NCBI GenBank assembly: GCA_025558095.1
Contig: JAIVFI010000008.1
Coordinates: 62,001 to 126,000 of the forward strand
Direction: 5' to 3'
Source of the DNA: Hyaloraphidium curvatum SAG 235-1
Lineage: Eukaryota > Fungi > Monoblepharomycota
DNA: 64,000 nt
Part shown: positions 1 through 10,637 of the stretch, one piece after another
Numbering within the stretch: the first letter of the stretch is position 1
Layout: each line of letters starts with the position of its first letter
Position numbers and translations under genes: made by a program
The notes under the pieces: generated by a model
What the model saw: only the letters and a program-made list of their open reading frames with translations
The model's database searches: none
Told to the model about the DNA's origin: nothing

Positions 1-520
1 CGGCTGTTCTCGCCAGACTGCGCGATCTGGACCGCGACAGCTGGTCTCCCTCCTTGTGCGCGCTCTCGAGGGCCCGTCCCGCGCCGTGCGTCACGAGGAA
101 GACCACGTGGTCGACATCGGATGCGGCGAGGTCCTCCGCGGAGCCCAGCGCACTGTAGCTCTCCCAGACCGCTTCGGCGGTGGAACTCAAGGACGTGCCG
201 AGCGCCTTCGCCCTGCTCTTGTCCACGAGGTCGCGGAAGCGCGCGAGCGCGGCCTCACGGTCCGCGGCGGCAGCGGAGCGGCCGTTGCCGCGCGTGCGGG
301 GCGGCGACACACGTTTCGGGCGGTCGGAAGCTCGTGCCGAGAACGGGCGGCGCGGCAGGGCGCGCGGCCGGCACGATCCCGCGAAGCGCGTTGGAGGGGG
401 CGCAAGGAGGAGCCGGCGCGGGTTCCCCACCCCGGCGGCCGCCCCGGTCTCGTCAAGAACGCGTGAAGCGGTAGCTAGGAGAGTAGAATAAACCCGCTGA
501 AGGCCTCTAACGCCCATCAT
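1..520 (-). CDS. 5' part of a probable mitochondrial PPR-family protein (runs off window start); intact paralog of the 14135-16316 pseudogene
   Basis: Open frame from ATG at 520 to the window edge (MMGVRGLQRVYSTLLATASRVLDE...AALARFRDLV...VWESYSALGSAEDLAASDVDHVVFLVTH). It aligns residue-for-residue with 16316-15880 (MLGARGLPRGSSTLLATATRVLNE...AALARFREPV...VWESFCALGSAEGLTE*EVDHVVFVVTH). Arg/Ser-rich presequence-like N-terminus. PPR identity is inferred from the paralog. Confidence 0.65.
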   Translation of the reverse strand, partial: MMGVRGLQRVYSTLLATASRVLDETGAAAGVGNPRRLLLAPPPTRFAGSCRPRALPRRPFSARASDRPKRVSPPRTRGNGRSAAAADREAALARFRDLVDKSRAKALGTSLSSTAEAVWESYSALGSAEDLAASDVDHVVFLVTHGAGRALESAHKEGDQLSRSRSRSLARTA

Positions 521-647
521 GTTGGATAGAATGAGCGATTTACTCGATCGCACGATCAAACAAGACAACACTGACAACGCCATCAAGATGCGTGGCAGGC
601 TGCCCACTCCAGCCGCATTCCGGCCATCTTATGGCGTTCACCGATCT

Positions 648-1985
648 ATGAACACCGATGTTCTTCCCAGGCCTCGGCATGGGCAGTTATTGGGACGCGT
701 CGTCGTGCCCGCGCCACGGGCTCTGTCCTCCTCCGCATCCTCACCGCCCGCGCCGTTCGACGAACATGTCGACCGCGGACCGCACTACGCCATGAAGCAT
801 TGCCGCTACGCCCTCGCCAACTCCGCCCCCCCGCGTGCCGACGGGCACCCGAACGTGATCCCGATGTGGGTCGCCGACACCGAGTTCCGCTCCCCGCCCG
901 CGGTGCTCGCGCGGCTGCGGTCGTACCTCGATTCGCACGGGGTGCTGGGGTACTCGCACCCGCACGAGGTGGCGCCGCTGGAGGTGTCGATCGTGCGGTG
1001 GCTGAAGGAGATGCACGGGTGGGACGTCGACCCAACTTGGATCGTGCACCTGCCCGGCGTCGTGCCGGGTTTCCACGCGGCCCTGATGGGGGTCAAGACG
1101 CCCGGAAGGGCCGAGGCGGCGCTGGTGCAGGCGCCCAACTACCCGCCACTGCTGGCTGCCCCCGGACGGTGCGGGTTCCTGGACTCGCGGATCGGGACGG
1201 TCATTTCCAACGCCACCGGCCGCCGGCGATGGGTGCTTGACTTTGGCGACCTGGAGCGCAAGGCCGCGGATCCCAAGGCCTCGGTGCTCCTCCTCTGCAA
1301 CCCCACCAACCCCACCGGCACGTCCCTCACCCCCTCGGAGCTCGCCCAGGTGGCCGACATCTGCACGCGACACGACCTGATCGCCGTCTCGGACGAAATC
1401 TGGTCCGACCTCGTGCTCGACGGCGCCAAGCACACCCCCGCGGGCTCCATCCCCCATCTGGCGGACAGGAGCATCACCCTCATGAGCCCGAGCAAGTCGT
1501 TCAACATCGCCGGCCTGGGCTACGCCTTTGCCGTCGTCCCCTCCAAACCCCTGCGTTCCAAGCTCAAGACGGCGATGCGGGGCATCGTGCCCGCCCCCGG
1601 CATCCTGCCCTGCCTCGCCGCCGCCGAGGCATACTCGGGCAGCTGCGACGCGTGGCTGGAGGAGCAGAGGGGGTACCTCCTCGGCAACGCCGAACTGCTC
1701 GCCGCGGCGGCGGGGGGGGCGGGCGGGCTGGTGGAGGTGGTACGCCCCGAGGCGACCTTTCTCGCGTGGCTGGACTGCACCGCCCTCGCGCGCGAGCTCG
1801 GGTTGAGCGAAGGGGTGCAGGGCTTCTTCGAAAAGGCGGGGCTGGGGCCGAGCCCGGGGATGGATTTCGGGGGAAGCGGGTGGAAGGACTGGGCGAGGAT
1901 CAACTTTGGGGCGCCCAGGGGGACGGTGCAGGCGGCCCTGGCGAGGTTGGGGGAGGCGGTCAGGGCCGCGACGGGCGACCGGTGA
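648..1985 (+). CDS. PLP-dependent class I/II aminotransferase, PatB/MalY-like cystathionine beta-lyase; intronless
   Basis: Motifs IPMWVADTEF, LLLCNPTNPTG, VSDEIWSDL, SPSKSFNIAGL (PLP lysine), EATFLAWLD, RINFG. Start uncertain (519, 588 or 648). Confidence 0.9.
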   Translation: MNTDVLPRPRHGQLLGRVVVPAPRALSSSASSPPAPFDEHVDRGPHYAMKHCRYALANSAPPRADGHPNVIPMWVADTEFRSPPAVLARLRSYLDSHGVLGYSHPHEVAPLEVSIVRWLKEMHGWDVDPTWIVHLPGVVPGFHAALMGVKTPGRAEAALVQAPNYPPLLAAPGRCGFLDSRIGTVISNATGRRRWVLDFGDLERKAADPKASVLLLCNPTNPTGTSLTPSELAQVADICTRHDLIAVSDEIWSDLVLDGAKHTPAGSIPHLADRSITLMSPSKSFNIAGLGYAFAVVPSKPLRSKLKTAMRGIVPAPGILPCLAAAEAYSGSCDAWLEEQRGYLLGNAELLAAAAGGAGGLVEVVRPEATFLAWLDCTALARELGLSEGVQGFFEKAGLGPSPGMDFGGSGWKDWARINFGAPRGTVQAALARLGEAVRAATGDR

Positions 1986-2671
1986 TTACAGACTCAGCAC
2001 CTGTGATGGAGGTCTGATAGCAGGTCCCGGGTGCCGTTCGGTGGCCAAGTGGACGTACGGACCGGGTCGCGGGCCCAAGCTGCAGCGCAGATCGGCGGGT
2101 CGTCCGCTCATCCGGACCATCGTCCGCGCACGCGATCGGTATGGAGGTGCATCTGAGCTTGCACCCGTCGGCAAGCCCAGGCCCGGCTCCGAGGGGTTTC
2201 GTCGGCTGCTGTGCGGCGGCCGGCGGTGACATCATGGCCGGCTCGGAGTCCCGAAAGTTCCTCGTCACTTCGTCGCTCTCCAAGTAGGCCCACTTGCAGT
2301 GCGGGAATCGGAAACGGTGGCCTCTGATGTATGAAATATACTACTGGAGCACTACAATCTGTCAGAAGCTTGGACAGACCGTGCGCGTCGCCGCGGTGGA
2401 AGATCCTACGAGGAAAAACCGCTTTTCGCGTTGTCCCGGCCGCCGTGGTGTGCGCCAGACACAAGCAAGACGCAAGTGACTCGCTCATTAGATGAATAGC
2501 TACTGTTTGCGTGCCTCGCGGTTTCTCTGGCATGCACGGCAGGCTCGGTGATTGTCTGTCGGCCTCTGGGCGGCCAGGGCAGCGGAGATCGGGGTCGTCT
2601 TGATCGGCCATTTTTTTCAGGCCACGCGAATAATACACACCGACGAAGTTTCCAGGCCGACGCAGGCTCCG

Positions 2672-3229
2672 ATGGCCGTGAAGAAGCGCCCGCCGTGCCA
2701 CGGCCCTCGCCGCCGCCCTGCTCCCGCGCCGCCCGGCCCCCCCGGCCCCGCCGCCGCTCCGCACTCCGACGCGTCCTCCGGCCCCGTGTCCCCCCCCGAC
2801 TTCACCGCCCTCGCGCGCACGCGGCTCCCCCCGCCGCACCGCAACGGGATCGACGTGCGCCGCACGCTGTTTGCGGAGGCGCTGCCGCCGGCGTACTGGA
2901 CCTCGGCGCAGGCGGCGGCCGTGTCGGCGCTGTGCGCGCCGTGCCCGCACGGCACCGCACCCGAGCACGACGACGCGGGGCCGCGGCTTTGCATGGGGTG
3001 CCACGATATCTACTCGTGGGGACTCGGTCCGGACGGGACCGCGGAGGACGTGGAATCGGACTCGGAGGAGGACGAGGTGGAAGGCTACGCGTGGGCGTCG
3101 TTCCGCGAGCAGCTGGCGAGGGGGAGCATCGCGTGCTATCGTTCGGGAAGCTCGGCATCGTCCGCTACATTGGTCTGCGACGATCCCGGGTGGCCGGAGG
3201 GGGACACAGGGAGGATCGGCGGGAGTTGA
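2672..3229 (+). CDS. Hypothetical protein with two CxxC motifs and an acidic patch
   Basis: GC3-biased ORF MAVKKRPP...CAPCPH...LCMGCHD...EDVESDSEEDE; no family recognised. Confidence 0.45.
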   Translation: MAVKKRPPCHGPRRRPAPAPPGPPGPAAAPHSDASSGPVSPPDFTALARTRLPPPHRNGIDVRRTLFAEALPPAYWTSAQAAAVSALCAPCPHGTAPEHDDAGPRLCMGCHDIYSWGLGPDGTAEDVESDSEEDEVEGYAWASFREQLARGSIACYRSGSSASSATLVCDDPGWPEGDTGRIGGS

Positions 3230-3777
3230 CTCACTCACTTTTGCCAGCCGAAGGATTGGGATGGGATCGGAAGGGCTCCAGAACTTGGAAGTTATAGAGA
3301 CTGATTGGATTTGTCATGTAATCTCGTAGTGGATCCGATGCTGAGCAGTTCGAAGATGCCAATGGCGAATGGGCATTGCGAGAGCGGGCACTGGAAGCGT
3401 TGCTACGGTCGCAACAGCTGCGGAGCTGCGAAGCAAAGCAGACACTGGAGATGCTGCCCCAAATCATCCAATCTCCCCGTTGTTTCCCCCGAGAAAGTCG
3501 CGATTTCAAGTGTGCGGAAATGGCACCCGAGCGAAAACCTCAGGCGTTCAGCACCCCTGCACCAAGCAGGCACTATGCAGTCCGGGCCCGCAGGAGCTCT
3601 CTCCGATTGCGCTTGGACGAGGTAGAGCCGCGGTTCAGGAGTATCGGGATCCATTACAGCAAGTTCCACGGTCGCACAATCTCGCAGTTCCACATACATA
3701 CAGTAGACCAGAAAACGCAGCACAAACGAAATGACCAGATGTCAGGCAGCCCATCCACTTCACTCGGCATCGTCCAA

Positions 3778-4819
3778 TCACGCCGCCGCCCACGCCGGCA
3801 TCTCCATCATCCCGCTGACCAGCAGCGTCCCCGTCCTCTCCTCGAAGTCCACCCTCTGCCCCGGCTCCTCGTCGAAGGACGTGCGCGCCTCCCATACGGG
3901 CGACGGCGGCGAGATCCACGGGTCCGCGAGGGCCTCCCCCGCCGACGGCCTGCGCGCTGGGTCCGCGCACAGCAGCGAGCGGACGAACCGTTCGGCGGGA
4001 TGCGACGCGACCCCGGCGGGAAACGACAGGTCGGCCTTGGCGATGCGGTCGTACAGCTGCATCATGCTCGTCGAGTCGTCGAACGGCGAGCGGCCGTACA
4101 GGAGCTGGTAGGCGACGCAGCCGGCGCCCCAGACGTCGAAGCGGGCCGAGTAGGGCACGCCGCGGACGATTTCGGGGGGGAAGTAGAGGGGGGTGCCGAC
4201 GCAGGAGCGCATGCCGTCGGCAGCATGAGACGCGGAGCCGAGGTCGACGAGGACAGCGGAGGAGGGGTCGTGCCGGTCGCGAAGGACGACGTTGGCGGGC
4301 TTGATGTCGCGGTGGGCGATGCCGCGGGCGTGGAGGTGGGCGAGGGAGTAGAGGAGGGAGGAGACGATGGCGATGACGGTGTGCTCGGGGAGAGGGCCGC
4401 ACTCTTCCGAGTAGGTCTGCAGGTTCTGTGAAGGAGGGTTGGGTCAGGCGGGATTCGATTTCCTGCTGCGTGGGGGAACGCACCGGGCCTTCGATGTACT
4501 CGAGCACCAGCGTGAACCGCGACTCGGTCTCGAACGAGTCGAGCAGTTTGGGGAACCCGGGGTGGCCGGCGGCGGCCTCGAGCGCCGCGGCCTCGGCGGC
4601 CCACCGCGCCCGGGCGGCGTCGCGCTCGGCTCCGGGTGGCGGCTTCCGCACGGTCTTGAGCGCTACCAGAGCGCCGGTGACGCGATGCCGCGCGAGCCGC
4701 ACGGTCGCGTGGCTGCCGGCACCGAGCAGCGACAGCGGCTCGTAGTCCCCGCGGGGCCGGCGCGCGCGGGGCGACGCCATCGGCTGCGCGGGGGCGGGGG
4801 AAAGCGTTTTGCAGGTCAT
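3778..4819 (-). CDS. Ser/Thr protein kinase (CAMK-like), 2 exons (4819-4484, 4425-3778)
   Basis: LGAGSHATV, VALK, HRDIKPAN, DLG (in place of DFG), GTPLYFPPE, DVWGAG; 58-nt GT-AG intron 4483-4426 restores the frame. Confidence 0.9.
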
Positions 4820-6714
4820 GAGCGGTGGGAGGTGTGGTTCGTTTTCGGTGATGAGGGCAGGGCGGGGAGGTTCGCCCCTAAATGGGCGGCGGTGGTTCGT
4901 CCGGGGCGGTCATTGGCTGAGCGGGCCGGAAGTCTATCCGGTCTGGAGGCTCTGACATCATCCGATCCACCACGAACCAGGAGCCGTGAGGCACAACCGG
5001 CCTGAAGATCCAAAGGCAAGCGTGCACTCGGTCCACGGCAGCGGCCGGGCGTAGTCTGCAGTTCAACTTTTGGATTCGAACCACCGGACACCAGCCCGTC
5101 CCTTCTCTGACGTTCCCCGCCCGCCTCAGCTGACTGGATTTCGCACGGCCAAAGACACCCCTCGGACTTGGTCCGTTGCTTGCCTCCACTTGTGAGGTTA
5201 CGGAACGGCCTCTTGTGATGTGACCCGATCGGCCTGCGCAGCGGGGCAGCGCAGGGTCCGTCCTTCTTTGCTGGCGACACCCACTGTACCAAAACCTCGG
5301 CCGTTGTGCGCATGGATCCGATGTTCAGGATCCGATTGGGTGGGTTGAACCGCGCGCGGGATCGTCAAGCCCGTGCCAAGTCAATGGCCGGCTCGCCTGC
5401 GGGCGGACAGGAGATGGGGGTTGTTGGTGGCTACGTTTTGCGAGGATGGGGTTGGACGCACCGTCGTATATCTGGTCCCAAACATGTGATGTGCTGCCGG
5501 CATTGATGTTCCTTTCGTGTATGTGGCATGCGAGATCGGGCGGGCCGAGGGGAGAGAGCGAACCGCTTCCAAGTGCCCCGGAGCCCTGGAGAACGAAGCA
5601 TGCTCTCCCGCAATGGCATGTGATCTATGCGATCTATGACCGGACTGGGAGGTCCGCAAAACGAAGCTCTTCGAGAGTTTGGAAGCGGAGTATTCGGAAG
5701 CTCCAACGACTAGCACCGCCCCCGCCCCCGATGCACCATTCCCTCCGGCCCACTCCCCCTAGACTGTTCCGTAACCTAATTGCTGCCTCCAATGCACACG
5801 GGTCCTCCAAAGTTCGTTTCGGGGCCGACTCGAGTCACTGTGGCAACAGGCGGAGATCGAAGGGACGGGCTGGTGCAGTGGTTTTCTGACGTCGGTTGAG
5901 GGCTTACCGGAGCAGGGGAATCGGCGCCCGGTGGGTGCTCGGAGCTTTTGCAACGCACTTGCAACCAACCCGTAATGGGAGAGTGCTCCCCGGTTTGTGG
6001 CTTGCTGTTGGATGGTGTCCGCCGGTGAGGCGGTGCACGAGGGATAGGCTTTGGGCGGGTCCCTAATCGATCGCCGCCGCGGGAACCTCCCCGGGTTTTC
6101 CGCACCTCCTCTCGTCTCGACGAACGCTTCGCTCACCGCCAATGACCTGCAAGACGCTCCTCGCCGCCCCGCCCCCGCCTCCTATGGCGTCGGCCCGTGC
6201 GCCGCGCCGACCCCGCGGCGACTACGAGCCGCTGTCGCTGCTCGGTGCCGGCAGCCACGCGACCGTGCGGCTCGCGCGGCATCGCGCCACCGGCGCTCTG
6301 GTAGCGCTCAAGACCGTGCGGAAGCCGCCGCCCGGAGCCGAGCGCGACGCCGCCCGGGCGCGGTGGGCCGTCGAGGCCGCGGCGCTCGAGGCCGCCGCCG
6401 GGCACCCCGGGTTCCCCAAACTGCTCGACTCGTTCGAGACAGAGTCGCGGTTCACGCTGGTGCTCGAGTACATCGAAGGCCCGGTGCGTTCCCCCACGCA
6501 GCAGGAAATCGAATCCCGCCTGACCCAACCCCCCTTCACAGAACCTGCAGACCTACTCGGAAGAGTGCGGCCCTCTCCCCGAGCACACCGTCGTCGCCAT
6601 CGTCTCCTCCCTCCTCTACTCCCTCGCCCACCTCCACGCCCGCGGCATCGCCCACCGCGACATCAAGCCCGCCAACGTCGTCCTTCGCGACCGGCACGAC
6701 CCCTCCTCCGCTGT
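4254..6714. repeat. Inverted repeat: ~570-bp near-identical arms (about 4254-4820 and 6140-6714) around a ~1.3-kb spacer
   Basis: The arms comprise exon 1, the intron and the start of exon 2 of the two divergent kinase genes; the two intron sequences are almost identical. Confidence 0.9.
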
Positions 6715-7189
6715 GCTGGTGGACTTTGGCTGCGCCTCCACCCGCACCGCCGGCCTGCGGACGCTCGTCGGCACCCCGCTGTACTTCTCCCCCGAGCTTG
6801 TCCGCGGCGAGCCGGCCTCGGAAAAGTGCGACCTCTGGGGCGTCGGCTGCGTCGCGTACGAGCTGCTCTGCGGGCGGTCGCCGTTCCACGATGCCGCGAG
6901 CATGTTCGACCTGTACGACCGCATCGCCGGCGCCCGCATTTCCTCCCCCGCCGGCCGGATGTCGCCGGCCGCGGAACGGTTCGTCCGCTCCCTCCTGCGC
7001 GCGGACCCCGCGGCAAGGCCGACGGCGGGGGAGGCGCTCGCGGACCCTTGGATCTCGCCGCCGTCGCCGGTGGCGGCACCCGGGGAGCCCTGGGGGGCGG
7101 AGGGGGGGCAGCGCGTGGATTTCGTGGCGGCGACGGGGACGCTGGTTGTCGGTGAGATGGTGGAGATGCCGGTTTGGCCGGCGGCGTGA
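6142..7189 (+). CDS. Ser/Thr protein kinase (CAMK-like), 2 exons (6142-6483, 6542-7189)
   Basis: LGAGSHATV, VALK, HRDIKPAN, DFG, GTPLYFSPE, DLWGVG; 58-nt intron 6484-6541. Confidence 0.9.
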
Positions 7190-8264
7190 GGCGGCAATGT
7201 GGGGTGGATGGCATTGTCTGATGGCTGGTCATTTGAGCGTGTTTGCTGCTCCTTGTTCTGGTCTACTGAAAAGAGGCATTTGGATTAACGAGGCTGAATG
7301 ATAGAATGCACAACCCTAAACTGCACTTCCAACATGTCTCACTCCGATGCCGGTATCTATGTGACTCCATTGAATGTATTCTGGAGCGTCGTGGCGCCGT
7401 GTGCGAAGAAGGAGGGAGGTTTCCGCCTCCCGGTGGCCATTCTCCGCCGCGGGGACCATGACCCGCCGTGAGAATGGGCCACGGTCGGACCGCAGACGGT
7501 TCCGACGGACGCTGCTGCGCCTGCAATTCCTGTTATCCGACGCGCCGAAGTGCCGGAGCGGTGGTTCGTTGAAGCCCGCCACCGGGCGGCGGTGGTTTGG
7601 ACCTAGGAATCCGCTGGACCCTTCTGCGGCCGGGATTGCTTCCCGGCGTCCGGACGCACGGTTTCGCATCGGGTCGAGGACGAAGAGGGAATACGCATAG
7701 TTCGGAGTGATTTCGGGCGCACGGGAGGGACGCAGGCTTATTCAAAAACTCCGGGAATCCTGCTTCGCCCCCGTGGTTCCCGCCTCCTCCTCCGTTCCCC
7801 GCCTGCCCCCTTGGACGACTCGGCGGATGCCCCGCCCGCTCGCCCACATCTGCAGATCATCGAACGTATTTCCATCCGCGCCGCTCGCCACTATCGGGTG
7901 GCCCTGGCCGGAAAACCACCGGTCTCGAAATCGACCAAGAACCCGAAGGCCCTCTCGCGGGATCCCTCGATTCCTCCCAGCGTCCCCGCGGATCCCCGGG
8001 GACGCAGTGCCCCGGAGCCACGGGGCATCCGCCCAGGGGTCATCCAACCGCTGTTGCCGGCAGCGTGATGCGCGGCGCGTGCGCGGCGGATGATTCCCGT
8101 TCGGCCGTTCGGCCGGGTTTCCCGGTTGCCGCCTCGGAGGTTCCCGCCAGCTAGCTTTCGCGCCTCGCCGCGGGCCTGCCTGCCGAAACCGGATATGGGC
8201 GAGCGAATGGCGCCCGCAAAGCGCCCGAAGGCGCTCGTTTGACAGGTTCTGAAGAGAGCTCGCG

Positions 8265-10522
8265 ATGGCCACCATGCACTCGAGCTGGTGCGTCCCTGCT
8301 TCCGCCACCGTTCCCCACCGCCAATTCCTGCCCCGCCCACAGCCTGACATGCCACGAGCAGCGCAAGTCGTGCCGCTACGTGCGCGAGCTGCGCAGCTGC
8401 GAGCGGTGCTCGCGCGTCGGCCGGCCGTGCGTCAAGCGGAAACCGAAGCGGGGCGCGCGGGGCGGCGGCAGCGAGTCGCCGCCGACGCCGTCGACGGGGT
8501 CGGCGTCGGGGAGCTCGGCGGGGAGGGCGTCGTCGGGGGAGATGCCGAGCGAGGGCGTGCCGGCGCCGCCGCTGCCACGCACGTCGCCGGAGCCCGCGCC
8601 CACTGGTGGGTTCACCTGCCGCTTCCCCGGCCCTCCATATAGCTAACTCCCTCCACTTAACTTGTCCTCCGTTCACTTTCGCCCATTTCGTCGGATCGAA
8701 GATCCCCTCGCCGCCTGCCTGGCCGCCTTCTGGTCGCACTACCACGCCCTCCGCCCCGCGCTGCACCGCCCCACCCTCGAGGCCGCCCTCGCCGGCCGCC
8801 CCTCGCCGTACCTGGGCCCCCCGATGGCCCTCGTGTTCGCCATGGCCGCATGCGGCGCCGTCTCGGACGTCCGCGGCCTCTCCGAATCGGAGCGCTTCGG
8901 CCACGCCCGCGCCTACGCCGGCGCATGCCGACGCCTGCTCGCCGACGCCTCCCCCTTGCGCACCAAGCTCGAGGCCGCACAGGCCATCATGCTCCTGTTC
9001 TGGGCCATGGTCCCGCTGGGCGAGGCCGGGTCGGCTGGGGACCTGCTGGGGAGCGGGGTGGAGCTGCTCCAGGAGCTGGTGCCGCACAGCGGGGGGGTGC
9101 AGGGGTCGCGGTTCGCTGGGCTCGCGGGGGCGTCGAGCGCCGCGGAGTGGGTGTACAACGAGATGTTGCTGCGGTGCTGGATCTCGTTCGCGACCATCGA
9201 TTGGTGGGTCGCCCTGCCGCATGGCGAGTTATTTGCAAGCTGATCAACTTCCCTGCGCTCGCAGCACCTATGCCAACCTCGTCGGGCGCGAACCCTTGGG
9301 CTCCTACTTCAAGCCCGAGTGGTGGGTTGTAGTTTGGGGCGCGAACCGTTGGAGGGGCAGCCTGATTCCTCCCCTTCTCTCTTGCACAGGTTCCCGCTAC
9401 CGTGCCACGAGTTCTTCTTCAACATGGAAGAGCCCGAGCGCGCTTTCGAGCTGATCTTCCGTGGAACCGTCGGCAGCGACCGCATGTCCCGCGCCGTCGT
9501 CGACCTGCGCGACTTTCTCGAGCACCCGACGGAGGACGCCGGCGAAACCGTCGTGCGGGACATGATCGACCCCATGTTCCGGTACCGCGCCTCCATTCTC
9601 TCGGCGCAGCACCTTCGAAACCTCTTCTGCCTCGTCCGCCACCAGCTCCGCGACTTTGCAAAGCAGCACGGCGTGGACCCCCCAACCGCGGCCGCCAAGG
9701 ACCCCAAGTCCCTCTCCCAGGGCGAATCCTTCTACCTCTCCCGCACGCACCTCCTTCGCCGCCTCGGCGACCGCGCCACGCTCTCCTTCCCGGCGCACTA
9801 CCTCCCGGCGCTCACCCACGGCGACGCCTCCGAGTACCTCGCCTCGGCCGGCACCTACTTTTCCCACCCCGCGCACGCGCACGCCGTCCTGGACGCCGTC
9901 TCCTCCTCTCTCGCCCTGCCCGTGGATCTGTACCTCCCCCAGCCCGCATCCGCCGCCCCCGCACCCCTGCTCTTCCGCTCCCCCGCCTTCGCCGCCGCCC
10001 TCGCGTGCACCCTCTCCTTCGTCAGGCTGCTGCAGTGCCGCCTCGCCGCGGACCCCGGGCTGGAGTGGGTGCAGCCCCTGCTGGTACCGCCGGCGCTCAA
10101 GGCGGGCGCGGTGGCGCTCGCGGGGGTCAAGCTCGTGGCGAGGCTGGAGGGGGAGGTGGGGAGGGCGCGGGGGGGTTCGTGGAGGACGCGTGGGCGGTGG
10201 CGAAATGCCTGGATGCGTACGGCCGGCGGTTCGGAGTCCTCGGTGGGTACCTCCCGCGCACACATCACCCCGATCGCGCAGGTCTTACCCTCCGCCCTTA
10301 GCCCGCAAGATCGCCAACAATTTCCGCCGCGCCATGTCCCTCGCCGGCATACCCAACGTTCTGCCCACCCCCGCCCCCGCCGGCGACGTCGAGGGCGCCG
10401 TGCCCCCCTCGCGGGGCGGCATGCGTACGGCGGTGCAGGAGTGGGACGACGGGGACCCGGAGCGTTCGTTCGTGGAGATGGTGGCGTCGGTGGAGCGGAC
10501 CGCCGGGCCGTGGGTGTGCTAG
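8265..10522 (+). CDS. Zn2Cys6 (GAL4-type) fungal transcription factor with middle homology region; multi-exon
   Basis: After removing intron 8288-8342: CLTCHEQRKSCRYVRELRSCERCSRVGRPC. Downstream FWSHYHALRPALHRPTL, AMAACGA and RCWISFATID are typical of the fungal TF domain. Internal exon boundaries approximate. Confidence 0.85.
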
Positions 10523-10637
10523 AGTGTGCCTTTTTGCGGACTATACCCTGGGAAGAGGTAGCCGGTGCTTTGCGGACGCCGTATCGTTAGACAGCCGTAT
10601 CATTAGACTGCCATCATCGCCGCGACGCCTCCACGGG

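Noticed and set aside
519-647. ATG at 519 as the start of the aminotransferase
   Set aside because: It overlaps the start codon of the divergent minus-strand gene at 520 and leaves no promoter; a downstream ATG is more plausible.
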